Of a stretch of 64,000 nucleotides of DNA, positions 29,220 to 38,555 are shown in pieces. The position numbers and the translations under genes are program-made. How positions within the stretch are numbered: the stretch's first letter is position 1; each line of letters opens with the position of its first letter. The DNA comes from Verrucomicrobiaceae bacterium (GTDB lineage Bacteria > Verrucomicrobiota > Verrucomicrobiia > Verrucomicrobiales > Akkermansiaceae): assembly GCA_051252135.1 (NCBI GenBank), contig JBPOGH010000018.1:1-64000 (forward strand), written 5' to 3'. The notes under the pieces were generated by a model. It saw only the letters and a program-made list of their open reading frames with translations, was not told the DNA's origin and did not search any database.

Positions 29220-30671
29220 ATGGGCAACAGGTTGAGTCTGAGGTGGGGAGGGGTGCTTTTGTTGAACTTGGTGGGAACGCTGGTGGGCGAGGTGAAGCCT
29301 GCGGCGTGGGAGTATACGGGGGCGGCGGGGGTGAGCGCTTCGAGTGGAAATAGCGACAGCCTGGCGTATCACCTTCGGTTTCTGGGGACTTATCGGGACG
29401 AGGATGAGGATGCGCAGTATGGGCTCGATTATTTTTATTCGGAGTATGCGGGGGTGAAGACGAATGATTCGTTGAGGCTTTATGGGAACTACAATCACCT
29501 GATCGGGGAACGGTTTTATTATGGTCTGGGAGGGAGTCTTTATACGAACGAGGCGTCGTTGCTGGACTATCGGGCTGATCTGGGGCCGGTGTTTGGATAT
29601 TACTTTTTGCGGGATGAGAAGAAGCTTCTGAGTGCGGAAGTGGGGGTGGGTTACGCGTTTGAGTCGAAGGCGGGGGCGAGTGATACGTTTGCGACGTTTC
29701 GGCTGGCGCAGCATTTTGATTACCGTTGGACGGAGATTACGCGGGTCCGGCAGTCGGTCTCCCTGACGCCGAAGATTGAGAATCCGGGGAGTTATGTTTT
29801 CGAGTTCGCGGCGGGGCTGGATCTGCGGATCAACGACAATTGGGATATTCAGCCGCGGGTGGTTCATCGGGTGGATCTTTCGCCGGCCTTTGGTCAGGAG
29901 AAGGCGGATACGCTGGTGACCTTGGGGTTTGCCTATTCGCTCAACGGTTTCCTGAAGGAGAAGGTGAAGCGGGCGGATGAGCGGAAGACGCTGAAGAAGA
30001 AGGATCTCAAGAAGGAGGGGAATCGGCAGGGGTGGATCCGGAATGTGGGGGCGGGGATTCGGTCGACGAAGGGGAATTCGGATACTTTTGATACGACGAT
30101 CAATTATGAGACGGCGTTTCGCTCGAAGGAGCGGGAGTTTTTCTTCAAGGGGGATTATCGTTACGGGCAGAGCAAGGGGGTGACGACGGCGCACCGGTTG
30201 GGGTTTGGGTCGAGTTACAACTGGAAGTTTAGTCCGGAGAATTATGCGGGGACGAACGTGAGTTTTCTTCACGATGACGCGTCAGATTTGAGTTACCGGA
30301 TCACGCCGGGAGTGCATGCGGGGCGGTATTTTATTCTGACGGACAATGGCGGTTTTGCGCTGGAGGCGGGGGTGGGGCAGATGCTTCAGAAGCAGGCGGG
30401 GGTGAGTAGCGCGGAGCCGGCGTTTTCGGTGGCGCAGCGGCTTTACTGGCAGTTGGGGGATCACACGTATGTGACCCAGGAGGTGGCGTATCAGGGGTTG
30501 TTGGAGGACCCTGCGGACTTCAATATTTCCTCGTATCTTTATCTGGATACGTTTTTGAGCGAGAACCTGTCGTGGCGGGTGGGGGCGGAGTATTATTACG
30601 ACAGCACGCCATCGGGGACGAAGGAGAAGGGGGATTTTTCGCTGACGACGGGGATCGGGGTGCGGTTCTAG
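29220..30671 (+). CDS. Outer-membrane protein with two tandem DUF481/YdiY-like barrels
   Basis: Two repeats starting SSGNSDS / TKGNSDT, amphipathic strands, terminal F. Confidence 0.75.
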   Translation: MGNRLSLRWGGVLLLNLVGTLVGEVKPAAWEYTGAAGVSASSGNSDSLAYHLRFLGTYRDEDEDAQYGLDYFYSEYAGVKTNDSLRLYGNYNHLIGERFYYGLGGSLYTNEASLLDYRADLGPVFGYYFLRDEKKLLSAEVGVGYAFESKAGASDTFATFRLAQHFDYRWTEITRVRQSVSLTPKIENPGSYVFEFAAGLDLRINDNWDIQPRVVHRVDLSPAFGQEKADTLVTLGFAYSLNGFLKEKVKRADERKTLKKKDLKKEGNRQGWIRNVGAGIRSTKGNSDTFDTTINYETAFRSKEREFFFKGDYRYGQSKGVTTAHRLGFGSSYNWKFSPENYAGTNVSFLHDDASDLSYRITPGVHAGRYFILTDNGGFALEAGVGQMLQKQAGVSSAEPAFSVAQRLYWQLGDHTYVTQEVAYQGLLEDPADFNISSYLYLDTFLSENLSWRVGAEYYYDSTPSGTKEKGDFSLTTGIGVRF

Positions 30672-30743
30672 GGAAACCCAGCTTCAAGATGAAGCACGCT
30701 GAACGGTTTCATGGATTTTTTAGCCGGGGAAGCTGGGCTTCCG
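30672..30743. repeat. REP-like inverted repeat
   Basis: GGAAACCCAGCTTC ... GAAGCTGGGCTTCC between convergent genes. Confidence 0.5.
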
Positions 30744-30799
30744 AGGTGAGAGGAGCTGCAGCAGCGAACCCCCTCTTGAAGCAGCGCTTCCCCAGGGGA

Positions 30800-31615
30800 T
30801 TATTTTTCCTTGGGGATGGACCAGGCGTTGAGCCAATCCTGTTTGGTTTTTTGGTAGCCTTTTTCGAGGAGGGATTTTTCCATGTCGGGGAAGTGGGCGG
30901 CTCCGTAGAAGACGGCGAGGTTTTGGTGGCCGGCGGCGAGTTGGGTGTCGAGGACGGCGAGGCATTTGGCGTTGCGGTCGGTGATGATGACGGTGTCGCC
31001 AGCGAGGCCGCCGATTTGGTCATCGCCGGCGCCGAGGGTGCCGAGGAGTTCGAGTTTGAGTTTATCGGAATCGCCGGTGACGAGGGCGGCCATGAGCTTG
31101 AGGACGCTGGGCTGGGTGTTGGGGTCGGCGTCCTGGCCGGCCTTGAGGGCGAAGCCGAGGATGGATTCGCCGCGTTTTTTCTGGAGGGCCTGGAATTCGG
31201 CGATGGTGAGGTCGGCGTGGACGAAGTTGTCTTTGTCGTAGTCGACGACTTTCTTTTGTTCGGCGAGTTCGAGGAAGCGGGCCATGCCGGCGTAGGCTTT
31301 GTTGAGGAGATTTGGTTTTTCGCCGTGTTTTTGGACGGCAGCCATGCGCTCGCCGCCGATCATTTCGAAGAGGAGTTTGTCGTAGGTGGCGAATTTTTTG
31401 TTGAGGGTTTCGTAGTAGGATTGGTCGGCAATGTGGACAGCGCCGATGAGGGTGATGGAGGCGGTTCCCTTGGTGTAGGTGGTGTTTGAGGTCTGGAGGT
31501 GGGCGGAATTTTCGGTGTGGTGGACGCGGATGAAGTCGGTTTTTTCCACCTCGGGAAGGGCCTCCTGGGCGAGGGCGCTGGAGGTGAAGAGGAGGGAAAG
31601 GAAGGCGGACTTCAT
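30800..31615 (-). CDS. Secreted TraB/GumN-like protein
   Basis: LIGAVHIAD, LLFE, IITDRN, VFYGAAH. Confidence 0.65.
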   Translation of the reverse strand: MKSAFLSLLFTSSALAQEALPEVEKTDFIRVHHTENSAHLQTSNTTYTKGTASITLIGAVHIADQSYYETLNKKFATYDKLLFEMIGGERMAAVQKHGEKPNLLNKAYAGMARFLELAEQKKVVDYDKDNFVHADLTIAEFQALQKKRGESILGFALKAGQDADPNTQPSVLKLMAALVTGDSDKLKLELLGTLGAGDDQIGGLAGDTVIITDRNAKCLAVLDTQLAAGHQNLAVFYGAAHFPDMEKSLLEKGYQKTKQDWLNAWSIPKEK

Positions 31616-31708
31616 GGTTTTCACTGTAAATCCGGAGAAGAAGGGTGCAATGGATGAATTCCAGCGATTGCGGAGGGGGCGGTTTTGGCCTACATCCTTT
31701 TTCAGATC

Positions 31709-33481
31709 ATGTCAGTGGAGCTCCAGTATTGTGAAGACCTCTTCCGCTATCAGCGGCGGGTGTCGCGTGAAGTGACGGTTGGGAATGTGAAGATGGGGGG
31801 CGACAATCCGGTGGTGGTGCAGTCGATGATCACCTCGGACACGCGGGATACGGAGGCGTGTGTGGCGGAGGTGCTGCAGCTGGCGGAGGCGGGGTGTCAG
31901 ATTGTGCGGATCACGGCGCAGACGAAGAAGTATGCCGCGAATCTGGAGAATATCCGGGACGGGGTGCGTGCGGCGGGTTGTGAGGTGCCGTTGGTGGCGG
32001 ATATTCATTTTAAGCCGGATGCGGCGTTTGAGGCGGCGAAGTGGGTGGAGAAGATTCGGGTGAATCCGGGGAACTATGCGGATAAGAAGAAGTTTGAGAT
32101 TCGGGAATACACCGATGACCAGTATGGGGAGGAGCTGGAGCGGATCCGGGAGGAATTTGCGCCGCTGGTGACCCTTTGCAAGGAGTTGGGCCGGGCGATG
32201 CGGATTGGGACGAATCACGGGTCGTTGAGTGACCGGATCATGAATCGTTACGGCGACACGCCGCTGGGGATGGTGGAGAGTGCGCTGGAGTTTGCGCGTT
32301 TGGCGCGGGAGCAGGACTATCACAATTTTGTGTTCTCGATGAAGGCTTCGAATCCGAAGGTGATGATCGAGGCGTATCGTCTGTTGGTGGCGCGTCTGGC
32401 GATGGAGGGGCCGGACTGGAATTATCCGTTGCACCTCGGGGTGACGGAGGCGGGTGATGGCGAGGATGGACGGATCAAGAGCGCGATCGGGATTGGTTCG
32501 CTGTTGGCGGACGGGATTGGTGATACGATCCGCGTGAGTTTGACGGAGGATGCGGTTTACGAAGTGCCGGTGGCGCAGGCGCTGGTGACGGAGGCGAGGA
32601 ATTTACCGAAAGGGAAGATCGAGGAATCCTTTGCTCCTTCGTGGAGTCCTTTTGAATATGCGCGGCGTCACAGCGAGGTGATTTCGCGGAGTGGTCACGC
32701 GATGGGCGGGACCGAGCTGGTGCGGGTGTTTACCTCGCAAGCGAAGTGGGATGCGGTGTCGCACAAGCTGGATCAAATGGGCGATTATCAGCCTGAGGTG
32801 GTGATTGAGGGAGCGCAGGTGGTGGCGATTGATCCCCGTGACGGGGAGGCGATCCATGCGGTGAATGCGGAGTCCGAAGCGCAGCTGGTGACGGTGGTGG
32901 ATGGGTTGGATTTGGCTCCGATTGCGGCGTTTCGTTTGTTGGCGGCACGGCTGGATGCTCGTCATGTGATCCTGCTGAAGGATACCTTGGTGCCCGAGGA
33001 TGATGACTTTTTACCGACGTTGCTGCGGGCGTCGATGACGCTGGGGTCGTTGATCTGTGACGGGATTGGCGATGCGATTATTTTGCAAGGGGAGTCGGCG
33101 CCGGGTCAGTCGTTGCGATTGTCTTATAACATTCTGCAGGCAGCGGGAGCGCGGATTTTCAAGACGGATTATGTGGCGTGTCCGAGTTGTGGACGGACGC
33201 TTTTTAATCTTCAGGATACGACGCAGAAGATTCGGGAGGCGACGGGTCATTTGAAGGGGGTGCGGATCGCGGTGATGGGCTGCATTGTGAACGGTCCGGG
33301 TGAGATGGCGGATGCGGACTTTGGTTACGTGGGTGGAGCGCCGGGCAAGATCAACCTCTACGTGGGTAAGGAAGCGGTAAAGTTTAACATTCCGGAGGGG
33401 GAAGCGGTGGAGCGGCTGAAGGATTTGATCACCGAGCATGGCAAGTGGATTGAGGCACCGGAGCAGAAGGTGGAAATTTGA
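31709..33481 (+). CDS. ispG: HMBPP synthase (long form)
   Basis: VQSM, VADIHF, RVNPGN, RIGTNHGSL, HLGVTEAG, ACPSCGRT, GCIVNGPGE. Confidence 0.97.
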   Translation: MSVELQYCEDLFRYQRRVSREVTVGNVKMGGDNPVVVQSMITSDTRDTEACVAEVLQLAEAGCQIVRITAQTKKYAANLENIRDGVRAAGCEVPLVADIHFKPDAAFEAAKWVEKIRVNPGNYADKKKFEIREYTDDQYGEELERIREEFAPLVTLCKELGRAMRIGTNHGSLSDRIMNRYGDTPLGMVESALEFARLAREQDYHNFVFSMKASNPKVMIEAYRLLVARLAMEGPDWNYPLHLGVTEAGDGEDGRIKSAIGIGSLLADGIGDTIRVSLTEDAVYEVPVAQALVTEARNLPKGKIEESFAPSWSPFEYARRHSEVISRSGHAMGGTELVRVFTSQAKWDAVSHKLDQMGDYQPEVVIEGAQVVAIDPRDGEAIHAVNAESEAQLVTVVDGLDLAPIAAFRLLAARLDARHVILLKDTLVPEDDDFLPTLLRASMTLGSLICDGIGDAIILQGESAPGQSLRLSYNILQAAGARIFKTDYVACPSCGRTLFNLQDTTQKIREATGHLKGVRIAVMGCIVNGPGEMADADFGYVGGAPGKINLYVGKEAVKFNIPEGEAVERLKDLITEHGKWIEAPEQKVEI

Positions 33482-33771
33482 TGAACGCTGTTGATGCCCC
33501 GGCAAGGGAGAGCAAAACACGAACCAAGGAGAAGGTTGATGCTCCGTGGAATGTGGTGGTGCTCGATGATCCCGTGAATTTGATGGAGTATGTGGCACGG
33601 GTGCTGATGCGGATTTTTGGCTACTCGCGGGAGAAAGCGGAGGAGCTGATGATGGCGGTGCACCAGCAGGGGAAAGCGGTGGTGTGGAGCGGGGGTCGGG
33701 AGAAGGCGGAGATGTATGTGCAGGAGCTGCACATTGCGCAGCTTCATGCGACCTTGCAAAAATCATCATGA
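33481..33771 (+). CDS. clpS: Clp protease adaptor ClpS
   Basis: WNVVVLDDPVNLMEYV, MAVHQQGKAVV. Confidence 0.92.
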   Translation: MNAVDAPARESKTRTKEKVDAPWNVVVLDDPVNLMEYVARVLMRIFGYSREKAEELMMAVHQQGKAVVWSGGREKAEMYVQELHIAQLHATLQKSS

Positions 33772-34211
33772 CGGTCATGCCCATGCTCAATGGCGGGCTG
33801 AAGCTCGTGCCGGAAGATGCTGCCGATTGGGCGGTGCTGGTGGGGGTGGCGACGGATGCCCACGAAGAGCTGGCGGCGCGGCTTGGCGGGTTGATGGATG
33901 AGGAGTCGATGTGGGAGGACATCGTGGTGCCGGATCTGGAGACGCATTTTTCCGGTCAACTGAAGCATGTGATTGATGCGGTGAACGCGGGGAAAAAGGA
34001 GGAGGAAATCACCATTTCGAAAGAGGATGCGGAGGCCTGGTATGGGGCGTTGAACCAAGCGCGGCTGGGGCTGGAATCGAAGTATCACTTTGGTCAGGAG
34101 GAGGATATTGATCCTGACGAGATGGAGGGGGAGGAGGAGCAGGCTTATTTGCGGGGGCGGTTTTATTGCGCGGTGCAGAGTCTGCTGATGGAGTATGTGA
34201 TGGAGATGTAG
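33768..34211 (+). CDS. DUF2017-like protein
   Basis: Follows clpS with ATGA overlap; AEAWYGALNQARL motif. Confidence 0.75.
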   Translation: MTVMPMLNGGLKLVPEDAADWAVLVGVATDAHEELAARLGGLMDEESMWEDIVVPDLETHFSGQLKHVIDAVNAGKKEEEITISKEDAEAWYGALNQARLGLESKYHFGQEEDIDPDEMEGEEEQAYLRGRFYCAVQSLLMEYVMEM

Positions 34212-34531
34212 GTGGGGAGGTTGCTTGGTTGAATTGAATTTGAACCGCAGATGAACAGGATGGAAGGGATGGCTTGGTTGGAGGGCTGCAACCGGAATGG
34301 AGTGGAGCCGGAGTAAGGTGAGGATGGTCGAAGAGAAATAGACGGAAAGCAAAAGGAGAGGAAGGAGGGGATGCTTTTGGATGGGAAAAACGAGGTGATT
34401 TCAACTTTGGAGAGTGTGTTGATGAGATGACTTCCAGCCGTGGTATACGGTGGGAGTTATTTGCAAGAAGTGCCGACTTGAACAAGGGCTTCTACGGTGC
34501 GATAACTTGTCCGGTAGGTTCTTGATATGAT

Positions 34532-35422
34532 TTGATGAATGAGCGGAAACAGGCAGATTGCGACGATAGGGGTCTTCTCTCTGCGAGGAGATATGCGCTT
34601 CCTGCGTCCGGGAATTTGGGAAATCCGATTCTTCAGGCTTTTCCCGCTTATGATGGGAATGGGAACATCATTGCCTGGACGGATGAGAATGGCAGTATCC
34701 AGCACCGGATCGACTACGATGGATTCGGGAATAAGGTGATGGAATACGGTGCCTGGTCAGCAGAGGAACGGATCCGGTATGGGTTCTCGACGAAACCGGA
34801 AGATGTGGAAACGGGGCTGCTTTACTACGGCTATCGGTATTACGATCCCGTGACGGGGAGATGGCCGAGTAGAGACCCGATTGGGGAACGTGGGGGGATC
34901 AATCTCTACGGGATGGTGGGGAATGATGCATTGAATTGGTGGGATTACCTCGGTTTAGAAGAAGGAGCCAAATGGGTTTTAGAGTCATCTGAATGGGGTG
35001 AATGGGAATTCGTAAACGCTAGGTTTAATGTTGAAAGTGTAGCGTTGTCAGGTTTGACGACTGTTTTTGTTCAATTTGAGCAAGACAGTAATATCATACT
35101 TGAATACGAACAAAAAGGAGATGTTGTGTGCCGTTGTGTTAGTACCGAGAAACGAGTCACCATACAGGTTACTTCTAAAATAGAAGAAGAGGTATGGATT
35201 CCTTCTTTAGGGCATGCAATTTATACTCAAGGCGGTAACAAAGCTAAGATTGCAACAACTGGCTTTAAAACAGCACAAAGTATGTACAAAAATCTAAAGA
35301 AAAAACGTAAAGGTCAAAAATTAGGAGATGTAGCTAAAGAGTTAACCGAAGCTATTGAGGACTTTATGCCTGATTTCAAAGAAGACGGCGATTGGGAGGA
35401 TCCCTGTCCTAAATTGAAGTAA
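34532..35422 (+). CDS. Orphan RHS-core protein with variable C-terminal toxin domain 1
   Basis: YDGNGN, YDGFG, GLLYYGYRYYDP..GRWPSRDPI, WDYLGL, then an AT-rich CT; start uncertain. Confidence 0.85.
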   Translation: MMNERKQADCDDRGLLSARRYALPASGNLGNPILQAFPAYDGNGNIIAWTDENGSIQHRIDYDGFGNKVMEYGAWSAEERIRYGFSTKPEDVETGLLYYGYRYYDPVTGRWPSRDPIGERGGINLYGMVGNDALNWWDYLGLEEGAKWVLESSEWGEWEFVNARFNVESVALSGLTTVFVQFEQDSNIILEYEQKGDVVCRCVSTEKRVTIQVTSKIEEEVWIPSLGHAIYTQGGNKAKIATTGFKTAQSMYKNLKKKRKGQKLGDVAKELTEAIEDFMPDFKEDGDWEDPCPKLK

Positions 35423-35447
35423 AACCTTAGAAAATTATTAATTTATA

Positions 35448-35864
35448 ATGTATAAACCACTATTTCTTTTATTGCTTTCGCCTTTTTTTTCTTTGGGGGA
35501 AGTTGTAAAATCAAGCAGATCACAGGCTGAGTTTAAGGTCTCCGACGTAGTTTCATTGGTAGATGGCGATGAAGAAGATCGTTTTTTGATAAAGATTTTC
35601 GTGGGCAAAAAGCCAATTACTGATATCTACACTGAAGGGTTAAAGGTGAAGACGTTCTCACCCATTCATAATAATAAATTCATTGCCGTTTTGGTCTTGT
35701 CTGACAAGGATGTGAAAGGTGACATGATTGCTATTTACAAGTTAGATAATGATATGAATTTAAACGAAGTGATTGACATTGTTGTCGTGAAGAAAAATAA
35801 CGAAAAATTAAAAGTGTCATTTTTGGACGATGAAAATTGGAAAATTTTCACCCAAAATCGATGA
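35448..35864 (+). CDS. Putative immunity protein (signal peptide)
   Basis: AT-rich ORF directly after RHS-CT1. Confidence 0.65.
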   Translation: MYKPLFLLLLSPFFSLGEVVKSSRSQAEFKVSDVVSLVDGDEEDRFLIKIFVGKKPITDIYTEGLKVKTFSPIHNNKFIAVLVLSDKDVKGDMIAIYKLDNDMNLNEVIDIVVVKKNNEKLKVSFLDDENWKIFTQNR

Positions 35865-35872
35865 TTTCGCAT

Positions 35873-36000
35873 AAAACTACGCCAGCAACGAATGGCACCA
35901 GCTTAAGCGGCTTTTCGTAGAAAAAATATGCCAAGCATACAATAGCGGTTGACCCCGTTTTTTGCAAAATCAAAATTACAAAATTATGCCAGGCATACAA
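35873..36000. repeat. Cassette-boundary element with TATGCCARGCATA palindromes
   Basis: Palindromes at 35927-35939 and 35985-35997; aligns with 37737-37813. Confidence 0.7.
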
Positions 36001-36005
36001 TGGTG

Positions 36006-36161
36006 CAAGCACGGCTGGGGCTGGAATCGAAGTATCACTTTGGTCAGGAGGAGGATATTGATCCTGACGAGATGGAAGGGGAGGAAGAGCAGGCTTATTT
36101 GCGGGGGCGGTTTTATTGCGCGGTGCAGAGTCTGCTGATGGAGTATGTGATGGAGATGTAG
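36006..36161 (+). pseudogene. Duplicated 3' fragment of the DUF2017-like gene
   Basis: QARLGLESKY...YVMEM identical to the end of the 33768-34211 product. Confidence 0.9.
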
Positions 36162-36568
36162 GTGGGGGAGGGTGCTTGGTTTTACTTGGTTGAATTGAAT
36201 TTGAACCGCAGATGAACAGGATGGAAGGGATGGCTTGGTTGGGGGGAGGAAAATCCTAAATTCCAGATGGGGAAATTCTAAACAAATTCGAAATGAGAAA
36301 CTGGAAACCTTAGATTGGGGGGCTGCAACCGGAATGGAGTGGAGCCGGAGTAAGGTGAGGATGGTCGAAGAGAAATAGACGGAAAGCAAAAGGAGAGGAA
36401 GGAGGGGATGCTTTTGGATGGGAAAAACGAGGTGATTTCAACTTTGGAGAGTGTGTTGATGAGATGACTTCCAGCCGTGGTATACGGTGGGAGTTATTTG
36501 CAAGAAGTGCCGACTTGAACAAGGGCTTCTACGGTGCGATAACTTGTCCGGTAGGTTCTTGATATGAT

Positions 36569-37534
36569 TTGATGAATGAGCGGAAACAGGCAGATTGCGA
36601 CGATAGGGGTCTTCTCTCTGCGAGGAGATATGCGCTTCCTGCGTCCGGGAATTTGGGAAATCCGATTCTTCAGGCTTTTCCCGCTTATGATGGGAATGGG
36701 AACATCATTGCCTGGACGGATGAGAATGGCAGTATCCAGCACCGGATCGACTACGATGGATTCGGGAATAAGGTGATGGAATACGGTGCCTGGTCAGCAG
36801 AGGAACGGGTCCGGTATGGGTTCTCGACGAAACCGGAAGATGTGGAATCAGGGCTGCTTTATTACGGCTATCGTTACTATGATCCGGTGACGGGAAGATG
36901 GCCAAGCAGAGATCCGATTGAGGAAGATGGGGGAATCAATCTGTATGCCTTTGCTTCAAACAACGGAATTAACAGGTGGGATTATTTAGGGTTGTCTGAT
37001 GAGGACTGTGCTAGCGCAAACCAAAACTGTCAAGACGATTGCCGCAGTAAACATACTGGTCCTCGGTCTTTGCCACGACGAAATCGGTGTTTAAAAGAAT
37101 GCCGGAAGAAGAATGATGAATGTGAAAAAGGATATCGTTCTTGCTGCGGCGGTAAGTTCTTGGAAAGAGGTTATCTGTGTTGTGGTGGAAAACAGTTCCG
37201 TCGGACACGAGGGAAATCTTGCTGTGGAGGAAAGTTGATTCAACTCGGTCCAAACTCAGGTTGTTGTGGCGGTAAAAGCATGCCACGAAGGACCAAATGT
37301 TGTGTGAATGGTGAGCAGGTAAACAAGATCCCTCTCTACGAACGTGATTTTAAAGATTTAGGAGCGTGTGTTGGATCGAATACAATGGAATCCGAGATGG
37401 CTATCCCAATTTCTGGAGGACTCTTGGCTTGGGGTAAGAAGGTAGGGCGAGTTGCGCCAGTCGTTGGAATGGCTATGTTGGGAGATCAGATGGAAGCATA
37501 CAAAAGGTGTCAGGAGTTAGTATGTCCAAAATAG
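36569..37534 (+). CDS. Orphan RHS-core protein with Cys-rich C-terminal domain 2
   Basis: Same RHS core, WDYLGL, then a CT with 4x CCGGK. Confidence 0.85.
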   Translation: MMNERKQADCDDRGLLSARRYALPASGNLGNPILQAFPAYDGNGNIIAWTDENGSIQHRIDYDGFGNKVMEYGAWSAEERVRYGFSTKPEDVESGLLYYGYRYYDPVTGRWPSRDPIEEDGGINLYAFASNNGINRWDYLGLSDEDCASANQNCQDDCRSKHTGPRSLPRRNRCLKECRKKNDECEKGYRSCCGGKFLERGYLCCGGKQFRRTRGKSCCGGKLIQLGPNSGCCGGKSMPRRTKCCVNGEQVNKIPLYERDFKDLGACVGSNTMESEMAIPISGGLLAWGKKVGRVAPVVGMAMLGDQMEAYKRCQELVCPK

Positions 37535-37683
37535 TTTTTTCAGGTTGGATGATTGCCATTTTTGGGATGGGCCTTTGGTCTTCATCTCTTCTGCCAACCG
37601 AATTCAAGTTTCTTGTAAATATGTTTGGTCCTGCCCTTTATGTGGCGGGAACTATTACATTGTTAGTTGGTCGGAGTAAATGA
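37522..37683 (+). CDS. 53-aa two-TM protein, putative immunity to CT2 (not in ORF track)
   Basis: MSKIVFSGWMIAIFGMGLWSSSLLPTEFKFLVNMFGPALYVAGTITLLVGRSK; overlaps the toxin stop. Confidence 0.6.
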   Translation: MSKIVFSGWMIAIFGMGLWSSSLLPTEFKFLVNMFGPALYVAGTITLLVGRSK

Positions 37684-37732
37684 CTTGGCGAGTCCGTCCG
37701 ATTTTCAATCATTCAGTTTCCCATAGAAAAAT

Positions 37733-37987
37733 ATGAAAAAATATGCCAGGCATGAATGGCACGTAGTTAAGCAGGTTTTCGGTAGTATACTAAAATATGC
37801 CAGGCATACAATATTCGGGGACCGTTCAGTAAGAATTCTCAATGAGATTTCTCGCTGGATAGTTCTGTTTCTTTGTGTTAAAGCATTAGCTTCAGATTAT
37901 CCAAATGAGGTCAGAATAGGCGGTGGTATAGTGCTTTTTGTATTACTTGTTGATGCGTTCTTTCGTCTTCGAAAGTCTAAAAGCTGA
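37733..37987 (+). pseudogene. Possible remnant of a 2-TM orphan immunity gene
   Basis: 5' part reads through the repeat element; 3' part has two hydrophobic segments. Confidence 0.35.
37737..37813. repeat. Second cassette-boundary element
   Basis: TATGCCAGGCAT at 37742 and TATGCCAGGCATA at 37796; shared GAATGGCAC..TTAAGC.G.TTTTCG core. Confidence 0.7.
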
Positions 37988-38052
37988 AAAAGTAAGAAAG
38001 GCATACAACGAGGCGCTCTTGCAGATCAGGAATTAGGATACTGTTATTAGAT

Positions 38053-38490
38053 ATGAAAATATTATTAGGACTGTTTTTCTCGGTGCCTCTTTGTTTTGCG
38101 AGAGTTAGTAAAGATGACATGTTGGTTCATTATTTCTCCACTTCAGAAACAATAGCTCATATTGTATACAAAAATAACGAGGGAAATAAAGACCACGACC
38201 TTCTGAAGTCGGAACTACGAGCTGCGGTGAATGCGGCATTTCAAATATTCATCTTACATGAAAATTTTTCAAGTTCACAGAAGAATAAAGACGAGAAAAA
38301 TTACAAAACGTTCATAACTAGCTTCCTTCGTTCTATCCCAGAGAAAGAAATTGTATCTTTTTTCTCAAGTCAACTTGACCCTAATAGTTGGGATGATGAA
38401 AATATCAAATTAGACTGGTCGATTGACCAGTATTCAAAGGAGAGATTTAATAAGGATTTCAAGGATTTTTTAAGTCTCCGCAAGTTGTAA
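38053..38490 (+). CDS. Secreted AT-rich protein, putative orphan immunity protein
   Basis: Signal peptide MKILLGLFFSVPLCFA; low GC; end of the RHS island. Confidence 0.6.
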   Translation: MKILLGLFFSVPLCFARVSKDDMLVHYFSTSETIAHIVYKNNEGNKDHDLLKSELRAAVNAAFQIFILHENFSSSQKNKDEKNYKTFITSFLRSIPEKEIVSFFSSQLDPNSWDDENIKLDWSIDQYSKERFNKDFKDFLSLRKL

Positions 38491-38555
38491 CGCACTAAAT
38501 TGATATCGGGCCGGGTTTCCGGTAGGGGAAACGATGAGCCTGGTTGGGCTGAGGG

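Larger units (their letters stand above)
34056..36917 (+). repeat. Direct duplication (about 34056-34880 and 36006-36917)
   Basis: Near-identical 3' end of the DUF2017 gene, spacer and RHS core; copy 2 has 87 extra nt. Confidence 0.9.

Noticed and set aside
31709..33481. Unusually long IspG
   Set aside because: Long forms with an inserted domain are already known in several bacterial lineages and plants
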